In this document: positions 38,225 through 48,873 of the stretch, piece after piece
Position numbering within the stretch: the first letter of the stretch is position 1
Layout of the letters: every line of letters starts with the position of its first letter
Assembly: GCA_003225055.1 (NCBI GenBank)
Contig: QIAU01000167.1
Span: forward strand, 7,259-71,258
DNA from: Acidobacteriota bacterium
GTDB taxonomy: Bacteria; Acidobacteriota; Terriglobia; Terriglobales; Acidobacteriaceae
Direction: 5' to 3'
DNA length: 64,000 nucleotides
Notes under the pieces: generated by a model
The model's input: only the letters and a program-made list of their open reading frames with translations
Database searches by the model: none
Told to the model about the DNA's origin: nothing
Made by a program: the position numbers and the translations under genes

Positions 38225-39595
38225 ATGCTGGGTCGCGCCGCACTTATCGCGTCATTCCTGGTTGTGAGCGCGCGTTATTCTAATCCGGATACGTTCAGAG
38301 CGGCTGTGGCCAAGGCTGAAATCTCTCCTCCTCCTGGCCTGCCGATGTACGGTTTTCTGGACCGTTTGAAAGACGGAAAGCTCTCTACGGGAAGCCTGGA
38401 TCCTCTCTGTGCCCGCGTATTGGTCTTGGAGGCTGGTAAAAAGCGTCTGGCCTTGGTGACTCTCGACCTGGGGAGAACATTCAGGGAAGCGGAGCTGGCC
38501 CAACTGCGCCGGCAGCTAAAGGCCTTGGCCGGAATCTCATTCCTTATCGTGACTGCCTCGCACACGCATTCCGGGCCCAATATTCTTGATGAAGAACCTG
38601 GCGGTCATCTGCAAGCCTGGGAGACGACTGCCATCGAGAAAATCTCAGCCGCAGTTGCCGAGGCCAGCCGCCATCTGGTCGATGCGCGCGTCGGCACGGG
38701 ACGGGGCGAAGTTTATATCGCATATAACCGCCGCCAGGTCCAAGCCGACGGTAGGGTGAAGATGCTTTGGACAAACCCCAGCAAGCAGCCCACGGCGCCT
38801 CTCGACCCCTCCGTCTGGGTGATGCGATTTGATGACGCCGAAGGGAAACCCTTAGCGATAGTTGTGAACTACGCCTGTCACCCGGTCGTACTTGGCCCCG
38901 ACAACCTTAACTACTCCGCGGATTTTGTTGCGGCAATGACGGACACGGTGGAAGAAGCATTCGACCGCACGCCGCTTTGCCTTTTTCTCCAAGGAGCCGA
39001 CGGCGACATTAACCCTTACTACGCGACCACGCTGCTTTCCGATGGCGCCATTACAAAGCGGGACTGGAGTGGGCGGCAGCTCGGTGAAGAAGCTGTGCGG
39101 GTGGCAAAAGCGATCCAAACTGAACCGGCTCGTGCCCCGGCCATTGATTTTGCCGACGATGCGATGCATTTCCAGTTGCGCTGGCCGGCCAAAAAGTTTC
39201 GCGAAGGCCTGCTGAAAACCTATGGCCCGCATGTTTTCGAAGACCATGCTGATCTTATGACCGAGGATCCTCCGCCCGATCATTTCGAGCTTCATGTTAC
39301 GACCGTATTGCTGAATAAGCGCATTGCGCTGGTCGGGATGCCGGGCGAGCCTTTTGTCCATTTTCAAATAAACTGGAGAGACCGCTGTCCCGTGCCGGAC
39401 GCCTTCTTCCTGGGCTACGCCAATGGTTATTTCGACTATTTCCCGACGATTGACGCCGCCGCCCAGGGTGGGTATGGTGCAGGAGACTCAAACACGTATG
39501 TGGAAGTCGGAGCTGGTGAGCGGATGCTCCGGCAGGCCTTGGTTCGCGTTTACGAAATGCTGGGCAAGCTCAGGGACGCTCCGGAAACCCATTAG
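38225..39595 (+). CDS. Neutral/alkaline ceramidase N-terminal-domain-like hydrolase, paralog 2
   Basis: Collinear with paralog 1: LDPLCARVLVLEAGKKRLALVTLDLGRTF, IVTASHTHSGP, NYACHPVVLGPDNLNYSADF and a LQGADGDINPYYA tail. ATG at 38225 (MLGRAALIASFLVV signal). Confidence 0.55.
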   Translation: MLGRAALIASFLVVSARYSNPDTFRAAVAKAEISPPPGLPMYGFLDRLKDGKLSTGSLDPLCARVLVLEAGKKRLALVTLDLGRTFREAELAQLRRQLKALAGISFLIVTASHTHSGPNILDEEPGGHLQAWETTAIEKISAAVAEASRHLVDARVGTGRGEVYIAYNRRQVQADGRVKMLWTNPSKQPTAPLDPSVWVMRFDDAEGKPLAIVVNYACHPVVLGPDNLNYSADFVAAMTDTVEEAFDRTPLCLFLQGADGDINPYYATTLLSDGAITKRDWSGRQLGEEAVRVAKAIQTEPARAPAIDFADDAMHFQLRWPAKKFREGLLKTYGPHVFEDHADLMTEDPPPDHFELHVTTVLLNKRIALVGMPGEPFVHFQINWRDRCPVPDAFFLGYANGYFDYFPTIDAAAQGGYGAGDSNTYVEVGAGERMLRQALVRVYEMLGKLRDAPETH

Positions 39596-39607
39596 GGTGA
39601 TGCCAAG

Positions 39608-42154
39608 GTGAAATGTCGTGTCCGGCCAAGAGTTAACTCTGACAAGATACATTCGATGCCAGACCCTCACGCCACTTACACGCCTGCCTTGCACGTCAAA
39701 CGTCGGACCGGCGCCGCAGCACGTCTCACTAGGCTCCTGCTTCTCGTTTTCGCCGTCTTGACAGCTGCCGGCGACCTTCAACCGCAACCAGCGGCGCCAA
39801 TCTACCTCGATCCCGAGCAGACCATCGAGCACCGGGTGGAAGATCTGCTGCGCCGCATGACATTAGAAGAGAAAATCGGTCAACTCAACCTTCCCTGTGT
39901 GTATGTGGATCAATTGGGAAAAAGCATTCCCGAAAAGCAGCAAGCGTGCAAGAGGTTCGCCGCAGGAACTCAGAGCAAGGAAATTGGCCCGGGCGCCGGC
40001 TTTTTTACTCTCGCCGACACGATTCTCCACCAAGGGACTGAGCAGCAAGTCGAGTACTTTAATGCGCTACAGAAAATCGCGCTTACTCAAACCCGATTGA
40101 AAATCCCGCTTCTCGAGGACGAAGAGGGCACACACGGCGGCATGTTTTCCGGAGCGACGATTTTTCCCGAAGGACTTGCCATCGGCAGCAGTTTCGATAT
40201 GCCGCTTGTCAGGGCGATCTACGCGGCGGCTGCACGTGAGTCCCGGGCCGTGGGTATCCATGTGCTTTCAACGTTGGTTCTCGAACTCAACCGTGATCCA
40301 AGGATGGGGCGCAATGAAGAAGGCTACACGGAGGATCCTTATCTGGAGTCGCGCATCGCAGAGGCCATTGTCCAGGGTGCCCAAGGCAGCAGTATCAACG
40401 CGCCTGATAAGGTAGTCGCGCTGCTGACCGATTTCCCGACTCAGAGCGAACCTGTGAGTGGGCTGGAACGCGGCGCGGTTACCCTGTCGGAACGAATGCT
40501 TCGTCGGGACGTGCTTCCTCCCTGGACTGCTGCCATTACCAAGAATGGCGCCCTTGGCGTGATGGCCGGGTATCCCGAAGTCGAAGACGTGCCGGCCCAT
40601 GCATCGAAAAAGTGGCTTAACGACATCTTGCGCCAGGAGTTGGGCTTCAAGGGGATTGTCGTCAGTGAAGGCGAGGGCTTTGGCTCATTGATCTATGAAG
40701 GTATCGTGCCAACGCAAAAGGAAGCAGGCATTCTCGCCTTGAGGGCAGGGGTGGACCTGAACATCACTTACGAGCCCGCCTACATGGGACCGCTCATCGA
40801 GAATGTTAAGGAAGGCCGAGTTCCGATAGAGCTTATTGATCGCGCTGTACGGCGAGTACTGGAACTGAAGTTCCGCCTGGGATTATTCGAGGACCCATAT
40901 GTGGACGTGACTCACGCGAAGCAGCTAGTTCATTCGAAGGAACATCAGCAATTAGCGCTTGAAGCTGCTCGCGAGGGGATTGTGCTTCTCAAGAACCAAG
41001 GCAATCTTCTGCCCCTAAGAAAAGACGTGAAATCCCTGGCGGTTATCGGTCCTAACGTGAACAGCATCTCGAATCTGTTTGGCGACTACTCCCCCCAAGT
41101 CGTTCTTCAGCACGTGGACACAGTTCTGGACGGAATTAAAGCGAAGGTGTCGCGTGCGACCAGCGTGGTTTACGCCAAAGGATGCGCCATAAACGATCAG
41201 GACAAAAGCAGTATTGAGCGAGCCGTGCAGGCCGCCCAAGACGCCAACGTGGCCGTTGTGGTATTGGGCGAACAATCCAGAAGAGAAGGTGATGATGCAA
41301 AGCACTTACCACCGCCCACGGATGGGGAGGGGTACGATGTCGCCAGCCTCGATTTGACGGGAGTGCAGGAGGACCTCCTAAGAGCTATCCAAGCGACCGG
41401 CACTCCGACAGTTCTCGTCTTGATCAATGGCAGGCCTCTCTCCATCCGCTGGGCGGCAGAACACGTGCCGGCGATTCTTGAGGCTTGGCAGCCGGGTGAG
41501 CGGGGGGCAGAAGCCATCGCCGATGTTCTGTTTGGCGACTATAACCCAAGCGGCCGTTTGGCGATCACCATTCCTCGCAGTGTTGGACAGCTGCCCGCTT
41601 ACTATAGCTATCACCCATCGAAGGCATACTGGATCAACGGCGGGTGGACTCATACCAACGGCTACGTGGACATGCCTGGTACACCTCTATATCCGTTCGG
41701 GTACGGGCGGAGTTACACAAATTTTCACTACAGCAATCTTCGCATCGAGCCTTCAGAGATCCACCCTGACGGGGAGACGCACGTCAGCGTCGATATCGAG
41801 AACTCGGGGAAGCAGGCTGGCGTCGAAACCGTTCAGCTTTACCTTCGCGAGCACTTCACTCCGGTAGCGACTCCGGTTAAACAATTGCGTGGCTTTGAAA
41901 GGCTCCAGCTTGAGCCTGGCCAGAAAAAGACCGTGAGGTTTACCCTGGGTGCGGAGGAGCTGAAGCTGCTCGACCAAGACATGCATTGGAAGGTTGTGCC
42001 CGGCACGTTCGATGTGATGATTGGAAGCTCTTCGGCCGATGTCGTTGTCAAGAGAAATTTGGAAGTAAGCGGCCCGAGTCCAGCATCTGGAGCCGCAGCA
42101 GCATCTCGTCCGCGCGGGAATGCCGAAATAGAGAACAACTTGGACGACCGTTAA
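39608..42154 (+). CDS. Glycoside hydrolase family 3 beta-glucosidase/beta-xylosidase-like with C-terminal FN3-like domain
   Basis: GH3 signatures LTLEEKIGQLN and LLKNQGNLLPL plus a C-terminal fibronectin-III-like domain. The start is probably the internal M near 39656 (MPDPHA...LLLLVFAVLTAAG signal). Confidence 0.85.
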   Translation: MKCRVRPRVNSDKIHSMPDPHATYTPALHVKRRTGAAARLTRLLLLVFAVLTAAGDLQPQPAAPIYLDPEQTIEHRVEDLLRRMTLEEKIGQLNLPCVYVDQLGKSIPEKQQACKRFAAGTQSKEIGPGAGFFTLADTILHQGTEQQVEYFNALQKIALTQTRLKIPLLEDEEGTHGGMFSGATIFPEGLAIGSSFDMPLVRAIYAAAARESRAVGIHVLSTLVLELNRDPRMGRNEEGYTEDPYLESRIAEAIVQGAQGSSINAPDKVVALLTDFPTQSEPVSGLERGAVTLSERMLRRDVLPPWTAAITKNGALGVMAGYPEVEDVPAHASKKWLNDILRQELGFKGIVVSEGEGFGSLIYEGIVPTQKEAGILALRAGVDLNITYEPAYMGPLIENVKEGRVPIELIDRAVRRVLELKFRLGLFEDPYVDVTHAKQLVHSKEHQQLALEAAREGIVLLKNQGNLLPLRKDVKSLAVIGPNVNSISNLFGDYSPQVVLQHVDTVLDGIKAKVSRATSVVYAKGCAINDQDKSSIERAVQAAQDANVAVVVLGEQSRREGDDAKHLPPPTDGEGYDVASLDLTGVQEDLLRAIQATGTPTVLVLINGRPLSIRWAAEHVPAILEAWQPGERGAEAIADVLFGDYNPSGRLAITIPRSVGQLPAYYSYHPSKAYWINGGWTHTNGYVDMPGTPLYPFGYGRSYTNFHYSNLRIEPSEIHPDGETHVSVDIENSGKQAGVETVQLYLREHFTPVATPVKQLRGFERLQLEPGQKKTVRFTLGAEELKLLDQDMHWKVVPGTFDVMIGSSSADVVVKRNLEVSGPSPASGAAAASRPRGNAEIENNLDDR

Positions 42155-42409
42155 ATCGATTCTTGCATCCCGCAGCTGGGGCAAGTGTGAAGTCGCAGGA
42201 CAATTCATGCCGGCCAGCCAGCGCGCCAAGGCGTTGCCACTTGAGTTCGCGGGCGTTCACTCCATGGACGAAGAGGAGATTGACGCAGCCACCCGTGCTC
42301 TACGTGCTCTACGCGAACCCTCACCCATCCGCTGCCGCGGGCTTAACCTGCGCAATGAAGTGGACGAATTCTAGAAGCGATTCGCCGCCCCTGAATCGTT
42401 GACAACCCC

Positions 42410-43015
42410 ATGGCGACAGCCCTCTTCTTTGATTTGGACGGTACCCTGGCGAATTCTGAGCGTCACCATTGGCGAGCTTGGCGCGACGCGGTTCGTCCAT
42501 TCCATATTCGCTTATCGTGGCACTGGTATCGGAGCGCAGGAATCGGGAGACCCGACGCCGATATCGCGCGCCAAGTACTCAAGCTCGTTCGTCAAGGCGG
42601 CACCAAAGTCAAGCAGGAGGAACTCTTAAAGCTCAAAGAGGACTACTTCTTGCGCCTTATCCAAACCTTTTCCATGGTGCCGATCCGAACTGTCAGTCTG
42701 CTGGAAAACATCCGCAACTTCCCCCTTGCCGTGGTTACCTCCTGCCCGCGTGTGCAAGCTGACGCAATTCTCGAACGCGCCGGGGTAGCTCAACATTTCA
42801 GAACGCGGGTATGTCTGGAGGACGTGCGTCGGCCCAAACCCCACCCGGACCCTTACCTGAAAGCGATGAGATTCCTCCGAGTCAGCGCGGGAATCGCTTT
42901 TGAGAACTCCGAGTCAGGTGTGGCCAGTGCGCAAAGAGCGGGACTCGAGGTTGTTTTTGTCCCCGACCCTCGCCAACTCCCCAGTCTAGTACGCGCGAGA
43001 CTAGTTCGAGACTAA
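42410..43015 (+). CDS. HAD-superfamily hydrolase (beta-phosphoglucomutase/phosphatase-like)
   Basis: 201 aa. Motif I FFDLDGTLANSE. Confidence 0.75.
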   Translation: MATALFFDLDGTLANSERHHWRAWRDAVRPFHIRLSWHWYRSAGIGRPDADIARQVLKLVRQGGTKVKQEELLKLKEDYFLRLIQTFSMVPIRTVSLLENIRNFPLAVVTSCPRVQADAILERAGVAQHFRTRVCLEDVRRPKPHPDPYLKAMRFLRVSAGIAFENSESGVASAQRAGLEVVFVPDPRQLPSLVRARLVRD

Positions 43016-43055
43016 GGTTCGCCTCGCTGTTTGAACTGTTTTCCTGCCCAGCGCT

Positions 43056-46000
43056 TCAGAACGCGTACTTCAGTGCAAACTCAATCTGCCGGTTGTCGGT
43101 AGCCGTATTGGTAATCGCAGCGTTGCCGGGCTGGTCGACCGTGATCTGCGTTCCACCGCCGGGCAGTCCGAAGTTGGGGTGATTAAACAGATTGAAGAAT
43201 TCGGCACGGAATTCGAGCGCCTGCGATTCGTGGGTCTTGAATTCCTTTTGCAAGACAAAATCGAAATTCACCAGATCGGGTCCGCGAAGATTTCCGACGC
43301 GCGAGTTGCCGAAAACATGGGCGAGTTGCTGGCCGGGAGCAAGCGCGGGCACAGCAAAGGCGCCCTGATTGAACCAGCAGTCCAGCGTCTGATGGCCGGG
43401 GTTGGTGCAGCCGTAGGCAGCCTGAGTCGCGGTGTCAAAAGAGAAGTTATAAGGATTGGCAATCTGATCGGGTCTGTAGCTGGAGCTTCCCGTGTTGCTC
43501 AGGTCCGATGACATCGTGGCCGTGATCGCCTCCCCGCTCTGGACGGTTGTGATTCCCGCCAATTGCCAGCCGCCCAGGAATGCCTGCATCACGCCATTGG
43601 CGTTTCCCAGCCAGCGTTTCGCGTGGCCGACCGGCAGTTCATAGAGGTAGCTGATGGTGAACCGATGACGGAGGTCCGGGCTCACCGGACCGTGTTCGAG
43701 ATCAGGGCGATATGCGTTCTGGATGAACCCGCCTACATTGCCGTCAGCATTGCCGAGGTTCTTAGCGAAAGTATAGGCTGCCAAGACATTGAACCCATCC
43801 GCGAAGCGCTTGTTTAGCGAGCCCTGAAACGCGTTGTAGACCATCTGCAGCTGTGCGTAATCCAGCGGCAGGACGGCGCCCATGTTCGGTTGCTGCGCAA
43901 AGTACCGACGGCCGAAATTGGGCTGCGTGCAGGCGCCAGTCGCGTCTAGGGTGCCGCAGAAATTCGTATCCAGGATCTGTGGCGCCTGGTTGAGGTCGCT
44001 CATCTCGTGGTTCCACAAGTGATACGCGCGCGTGCCGACATAACCCACCTGTGCGACCCAGTTCTGCACGAACTGGTGTTCGATGCTCAGGTTCCATTCC
44101 ATAATGCGCGGCATGATTCGTTTCGGCCCGGTGGTTTTGACGGCACCCAGGATATTGATGGGATCTCCCACCGCCCTCGCCGCCGGGAACCCTGTCGAGA
44201 TAAGTTGGCCGGCCTGTGGGAGTTGCCCAGCGTTGAAGTTGTGTGCGTCGAAGGTGAGTTGCGGCGGATTCAGCCCGAGATCGTCGAAAATGTTCGCTTC
44301 CGCCGAATAGAACATGCCAAATGCGCTGCGCACCACGGTTTTTGGCCGCACCGACCAGGCGAATCCGAGGCGCGGCGCCCAGTTGTTCCTGTCGAATTCG
44401 ACGCCGGCGTGCGGCACTGCCTGCGGCCCATACGAGGTAATCACGATGGCGCGGATCAGGTCGAAGTTGCCCACCCGGCCGTTGGCGGGAGAAGCGATCT
44501 CGTATCGCAGGCCGAGATTCACAGTCAGGTTGGGACGAAGGTGGATATCGTCCTGCGAAAATCCAGCGAAGTCCCAATACCGCGTCGGATACAGGCCCAG
44601 CAAATAGTCTTGTTCGTTGGAAGTGGCAATGCCTAACAGAAGGTCGGCGAGGCCGCTCCCCCCCATCGAGGTAGTCAAGTCGCTGGTATACACGCCGTTA
44701 AAACCGAAGAAGCCGCGAGGCGCCATCACTTGGTAAAAGTTCCGCTGTTGTCGGCGGAAGTCAGCCCCGAATTTCAAGGAGTGGCGGCCGCGAACCCAGG
44801 TGATCGTGTCGGCTGCCTGAAAGATGTTCTCGTGCACGTGCTCCGGCAGCCACTCGGAGTCGCCCAACGAGGTGAACCCAGCGACATCGATGTTAGTCAG
44901 CCCACTCGAATTGGGATCGCTGCTGCGGTTGGCGTTGGGAATCCCCAGCTTCGCGCCAAGTTCCTTGCCGAAGTTGAATGGCAGCGCATTCACCGAATAG
45001 CGGAAGAATCCGCCGTGAAGATCGTTCAACAAGCGCGGCGAGAACGTATGTGTATAGCCGAAGCCGACGTGCTGCGAACGCGACTTGCTCACGCTCGGAC
45101 AGCAATCGGAGCCGCCCCAGAGAGGTCCCAGGGGCCCAGGGCGCTGGCTGCGGACGTCCCCGAAACTGTATGAGGCAAAGAGCTGGTCAATCTCACGAAT
45201 CCGGTGATCCAGGCGCACGTCGAACTGGTCCTGGCTGTTAACGTGGTTCAGGGTGGTGAAATAGTTCTCGGTGAACCCCGGCTGATTCTCGTGCGGGTAG
45301 AAATTGGCTACATTGAAACCAATTGGATCCATGCTCGCGCCCAGCGACCCGGCGCCCGGCGGCGGAATCACATTCACCTGTCCGTTGTAGCTTATGGCTT
45401 GGCGCAGAAGGATGGAAGCGCCGTCCTTGCAGGTATATGGAACCGTAGTGGTGGGATCGAAAATCGTGCCCCTGTCAAAAGTATCCCCGGGCGACGGAAC
45501 AGCACATGGGGAGAACGTCTTGTCCGTCAGAAGATCGCGAAAGTCCCCGCTGCGCTCCGCCTCATTTGGAACAATGGAGAGGGCGGGTTGGTTCTCCCGC
45601 AGGCGTGACCCCTCGTAGTCGCCAAAAATGAATGTCTTGTTTTTGATGATCGGACGCCCGAGGAACGCGCCGAACTGATTTCGCTTAAAGGGCTGCTTGC
45701 CCTGGCTGAAATAGTTCACCGCATCGAGCTTGTCATTTCGGATGAATTCGTACACTCCGCCGTGCACATTGTTCGTGCCCGACTTAAGCACCACGTTGAC
45801 GGCGGCCCCACCGCGCCCGAACTCCGCGCTCATGGCATTTTCTTCCGTGCGGAACTCCTGAATCGCATCCGGCGCGGGCAACACGATGACACCCCCCAAT
45901 CCAAACTCGTTGTTGTCAACTCCGTTCAGCAGGAAGTTGTTGTTAGAAACGCGCAAACCGTTCACCGACACGGCTTCGTTGGCGCGCTCATTCTCAAACA

Positions 46001-46535
46001 CCTGGCCGCTGACATTGGATCCCGTCATGCCGCCATTAGCACCTGGCCCGAGATATGCCAGTTGAATGAAGTTCCTGCCATTCAAAGGCAGCTCGGAGAT
46101 GCGCTTCGCCGTCTCGATCGTTCCCAAGGAAGATGCTTCGGTCTCAAGAAATGGAGGAGCGGCGTTTACCTGTACGGTTTCCGTTTGCGATCCGATTTTC
46201 AGTGTGATATTGACGCGTGCGGCCTGGTTGACGCCGATCTCCACCGTCGCTTCGACAGCTTTTTGAAATCCCTGCTTTACGACCGTAACGGAATAGGCTC
46301 CAATTCGGAGCAAGTTTGCCGTGTACTGCCCGCTCTCGTCCGTAGTCACGGTGACCGTCTGGTTGGTCGATAGATTCGTGATGATGACTTGCGCGTCGGA
46401 CACACGTGCTCCGAGGGGATCACTGACCACGCCGACGATGCTGCCACGGTCTACCTGAGCCAGCGAAGGCAGAGACAGGACGAAGATCAAACTGGTGAGG
46501 AGAAGCAGAGAGAAAGAGGGAATACGGAGCAGCAT
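43056..46535 (-). CDS. TonB-dependent receptor, carboxypeptidase-regulatory-like domain
   Basis: 1159 aa. Signal peptide, CarbopepD_reg domain (YTANLLRIGAYSVTVVKQGF) and C-terminal barrel ending FNLFNHPNF...KYAF. Paralogous to 25439..29137. Confidence 0.85.
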   Translation of the reverse strand: MLLRIPSFSLLLLTSLIFVLSLPSLAQVDRGSIVGVVSDPLGARVSDAQVIITNLSTNQTVTVTTDESGQYTANLLRIGAYSVTVVKQGFQKAVEATVEIGVNQAARVNITLKIGSQTETVQVNAAPPFLETEASSLGTIETAKRISELPLNGRNFIQLAYLGPGANGGMTGSNVSGQVFENERANEAVSVNGLRVSNNNFLLNGVDNNEFGLGGVIVLPAPDAIQEFRTEENAMSAEFGRGGAAVNVVLKSGTNNVHGGVYEFIRNDKLDAVNYFSQGKQPFKRNQFGAFLGRPIIKNKTFIFGDYEGSRLRENQPALSIVPNEAERSGDFRDLLTDKTFSPCAVPSPGDTFDRGTIFDPTTTVPYTCKDGASILLRQAISYNGQVNVIPPPGAGSLGASMDPIGFNVANFYPHENQPGFTENYFTTLNHVNSQDQFDVRLDHRIREIDQLFASYSFGDVRSQRPGPLGPLWGGSDCCPSVSKSRSQHVGFGYTHTFSPRLLNDLHGGFFRYSVNALPFNFGKELGAKLGIPNANRSSDPNSSGLTNIDVAGFTSLGDSEWLPEHVHENIFQAADTITWVRGRHSLKFGADFRRQQRNFYQVMAPRGFFGFNGVYTSDLTTSMGGSGLADLLLGIATSNEQDYLLGLYPTRYWDFAGFSQDDIHLRPNLTVNLGLRYEIASPANGRVGNFDLIRAIVITSYGPQAVPHAGVEFDRNNWAPRLGFAWSVRPKTVVRSAFGMFYSAEANIFDDLGLNPPQLTFDAHNFNAGQLPQAGQLISTGFPAARAVGDPINILGAVKTTGPKRIMPRIMEWNLSIEHQFVQNWVAQVGYVGTRAYHLWNHEMSDLNQAPQILDTNFCGTLDATGACTQPNFGRRYFAQQPNMGAVLPLDYAQLQMVYNAFQGSLNKRFADGFNVLAAYTFAKNLGNADGNVGGFIQNAYRPDLEHGPVSPDLRHRFTISYLYELPVGHAKRWLGNANGVMQAFLGGWQLAGITTVQSGEAITATMSSDLSNTGSSSYRPDQIANPYNFSFDTATQAAYGCTNPGHQTLDCWFNQGAFAVPALAPGQQLAHVFGNSRVGNLRGPDLVNFDFVLQKEFKTHESQALEFRAEFFNLFNHPNFGLPGGGTQITVDQPGNAAITNTATDNRQIEFALKYAF

Positions 46536-46735
46536 AACGCCCCCTGATTCACGGCAGGCGCGGATGAAACGCGCTCGTAGCGCCGCACTGTGACACTAGT
46601 CGAGAGTGGTGTCAAGGGTTACACTTGCTTGCGACCGTGACCAGGGGCCAACTTTATCCACCTCCCGCCTAGTGCTGGTTTGCGCTATACCAATCACCGG
46701 GTTTGCGGTATCTTGTCCACCTGACCTCACTAGGC

Positions 46736-47581
46736 ATGGGAGATGCCATGCGAGTTGCTCGGGTACTTGTCCTGTTCCTGGGTGGGCTGCTTCTATCGAC
46801 TTGCGCGGCTACCGCACAACGGACACGTCTGGAGAACCTGCAGAACAAGACCATTCTGGTCTTCACGCCCCACCCAGATGACGATGTGTTTGGAGCCGGC
46901 GGCACTATCGCGCTCTTGAACCGCAATCACAACCAAGTCTTCATCGCGGTATACACCAACGACGACAAGGGCTCCTACGATCCTGAAATGAATTCGCAGC
47001 GGCTGGCGCGGATTCGAAAGGCCGAACAGGAGGCATCCGAGGGCCAGCTGGGCACACCCAAAGCAAACATCATGTGGCTTGGTTATGACGACGGCATGCT
47101 GGAGTACGCGGCTCAGCCGAAGCTCACAGAAGAAGCCACGGCCATCATCCGACGTATACGTCCTGATGTGCTGCTGAGTGTCGATCCCGGGGAATGGTAT
47201 GAGCGGTGGCATAAGAGTGACCACCGCATGGCGGCGTTTAACACGATCGACGCTGTGCGCGCCGCCGAGTTCTGGTTGTATTTTCCCAACCAGAAACTCC
47301 AGCAAGGACTGCAGCCGTACAAGGTTCCCGAGATGTACTTCTTCTATCCCTCACTGCAGGAAGCCAATTACTTCGTCAATATCGATGATGTGGCCGAATT
47401 AAAATTTGACGCCGCCGCCAAACAGGTCAGCCAATTCGAACCTGCCGTCAACAAGTATCGCCCGGACTGGACCGCGGACGATTTGAAGAAGGCGAAAGAC
47501 GAGATGCGGCATGAGCAACCGAAAAAAGACGGCCACTATGTCGAAGCGTTTCGGTATGCCACCGGCTTTGTTCAGTATTGA
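46736..47581 (+). CDS. PIG-L/LmbE-family N-acetylglucosaminyl deacetylase (secreted)
   Basis: LmbE zinc-binding motif VFTPHPDDDVFGAGGTIA preceded by a signal peptide. Confidence 0.8.
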   Translation: MGDAMRVARVLVLFLGGLLLSTCAATAQRTRLENLQNKTILVFTPHPDDDVFGAGGTIALLNRNHNQVFIAVYTNDDKGSYDPEMNSQRLARIRKAEQEASEGQLGTPKANIMWLGYDDGMLEYAAQPKLTEEATAIIRRIRPDVLLSVDPGEWYERWHKSDHRMAAFNTIDAVRAAEFWLYFPNQKLQQGLQPYKVPEMYFFYPSLQEANYFVNIDDVAELKFDAAAKQVSQFEPAVNKYRPDWTADDLKKAKDEMRHEQPKKDGHYVEAFRYATGFVQY

Positions 47582-47606
47582 GCAGCGTTATCCCAAGGAG
47601 TCCCCT

Positions 47607-48863
47607 ATGTCGGAACTGGCACTACTCGGCGGCAAGAAAGCAAAAACCAAACCGTTTCCCCTCTGGCCGCACTTCGATGATGCGGAACGGAAAGCTCTAA
47701 ACGACGTTTTGGAGAGCCGAGTTTGGTGGCGTACGCCGGGGACAAAGACTCTGGAGTTTGAACAAGCTTTCGCGCGCTTTCACGGATCTCGTCACGGGAT
47801 CGCCGTGACCAACGGCACCGCAGCCTTGGAGGTGACCGTGGCCGCACTGGGAATTGGACAGGACGACGAGGTGATTGTTCCCGACTTCACTTTCGTTGCC
47901 ACAGCCAGCGCGGTGTTGTTCGCAAACGCCTTGCCCGTGCTCGTCGACGTGCTCCCTGACACCTATTGCATCGACCCTAAGCTCGTCGAAGCTGCCATCA
48001 CCTCCCGCACGAAGGCAATCATTGCAGTCCACATGGGCGGGCATCCCGCCGACCTCGATGGCCTCGCCGACCTGGCTAAGCGTAAAGGCGTCGCCCTTAT
48101 AGAAGACTCATCGCACGCACACGCGAGCGAATGGCGCAGCAGGCGTATTGGAACGTATGGTGTGGCCGGTACATTCAGCTTCCAATCCAGCAAGCTGATG
48201 ACTGCCGGAGAGGGTGGCATGATCATCTCCAACGATGACAGCTTCGAACGAAATGCCCGATCTGTCCACGATTGCGGCCGTATGCCCGGCGAATGGTTTT
48301 ATAGCCACTTCATCTACGGATCGAACTATCGCTTAAGCGAATGGCAGGGTGCCGTCCTGATGGCGCAACTCGGACGTTTGGACGAGCAGACGCGCCGGCG
48401 TCATCAAAACGCGCGCGTGCTCGATCGCGAGTTGAGCAAAATTCCCGGGATCACGCCGCAAAAGCTCGATGAACGCTGCACGCGGAACGGTCAGTATGCT
48501 TATATTTTCCACGTCGACAAAAAAGACTTCGCCGGTATCTCAACCGAGCGTTTCATCGAAGCCATGAACGCGGAAGGCATTCCCAACCAGGCCAGCTATC
48601 CTCCTCTCCACGAATTACATATGTTTCGCAATGGCGAATATCGCAAGTGCCTGAGCGAGGCCGCCGGCAAGCAAGAGCACCGATTCCTTAAGGATTCTTT
48701 TCCCAATACCCGGCGCGCCGCATGGGAAACGGTTTGGATCCCGCAACCTGCGTTGCTGGGCGACGAGCAAGACATGCACGAGATCGTCGCGGCAATCCGA
48801 AAAATACAGGCTAACGCACGAGCTCTTGCGGTGCAGGGTACTCCCGTGCACGCGGCGCGGTAA
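47607..48863 (+). CDS. DegT/DnrJ/EryC1/StrS-family PLP-dependent sugar aminotransferase
   Basis: AAGGAG Shine-Dalgarno 7 nt upstream of ATG 47607. PLP-lysine region SFQSSKLMTAGEGG, VTNGTAALE and EDSSHAHASEW. Confidence 0.85.
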   Translation: MSELALLGGKKAKTKPFPLWPHFDDAERKALNDVLESRVWWRTPGTKTLEFEQAFARFHGSRHGIAVTNGTAALEVTVAALGIGQDDEVIVPDFTFVATASAVLFANALPVLVDVLPDTYCIDPKLVEAAITSRTKAIIAVHMGGHPADLDGLADLAKRKGVALIEDSSHAHASEWRSRRIGTYGVAGTFSFQSSKLMTAGEGGMIISNDDSFERNARSVHDCGRMPGEWFYSHFIYGSNYRLSEWQGAVLMAQLGRLDEQTRRRHQNARVLDRELSKIPGITPQKLDERCTRNGQYAYIFHVDKKDFAGISTERFIEAMNAEGIPNQASYPPLHELHMFRNGEYRKCLSEAAGKQEHRFLKDSFPNTRRAAWETVWIPQPALLGDEQDMHEIVAAIRKIQANARALAVQGTPVHAAR

Positions 48864-48873
48864 CCGGCGCGAC

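Noticed and set aside
42250-42300. Tandem 9-bp duplication GTGCTCTAC GTGCTCTAC between GH3 and the HAD gene
   Set aside because: Only two copies in an intergenic region. No further structure or conservation evidence.
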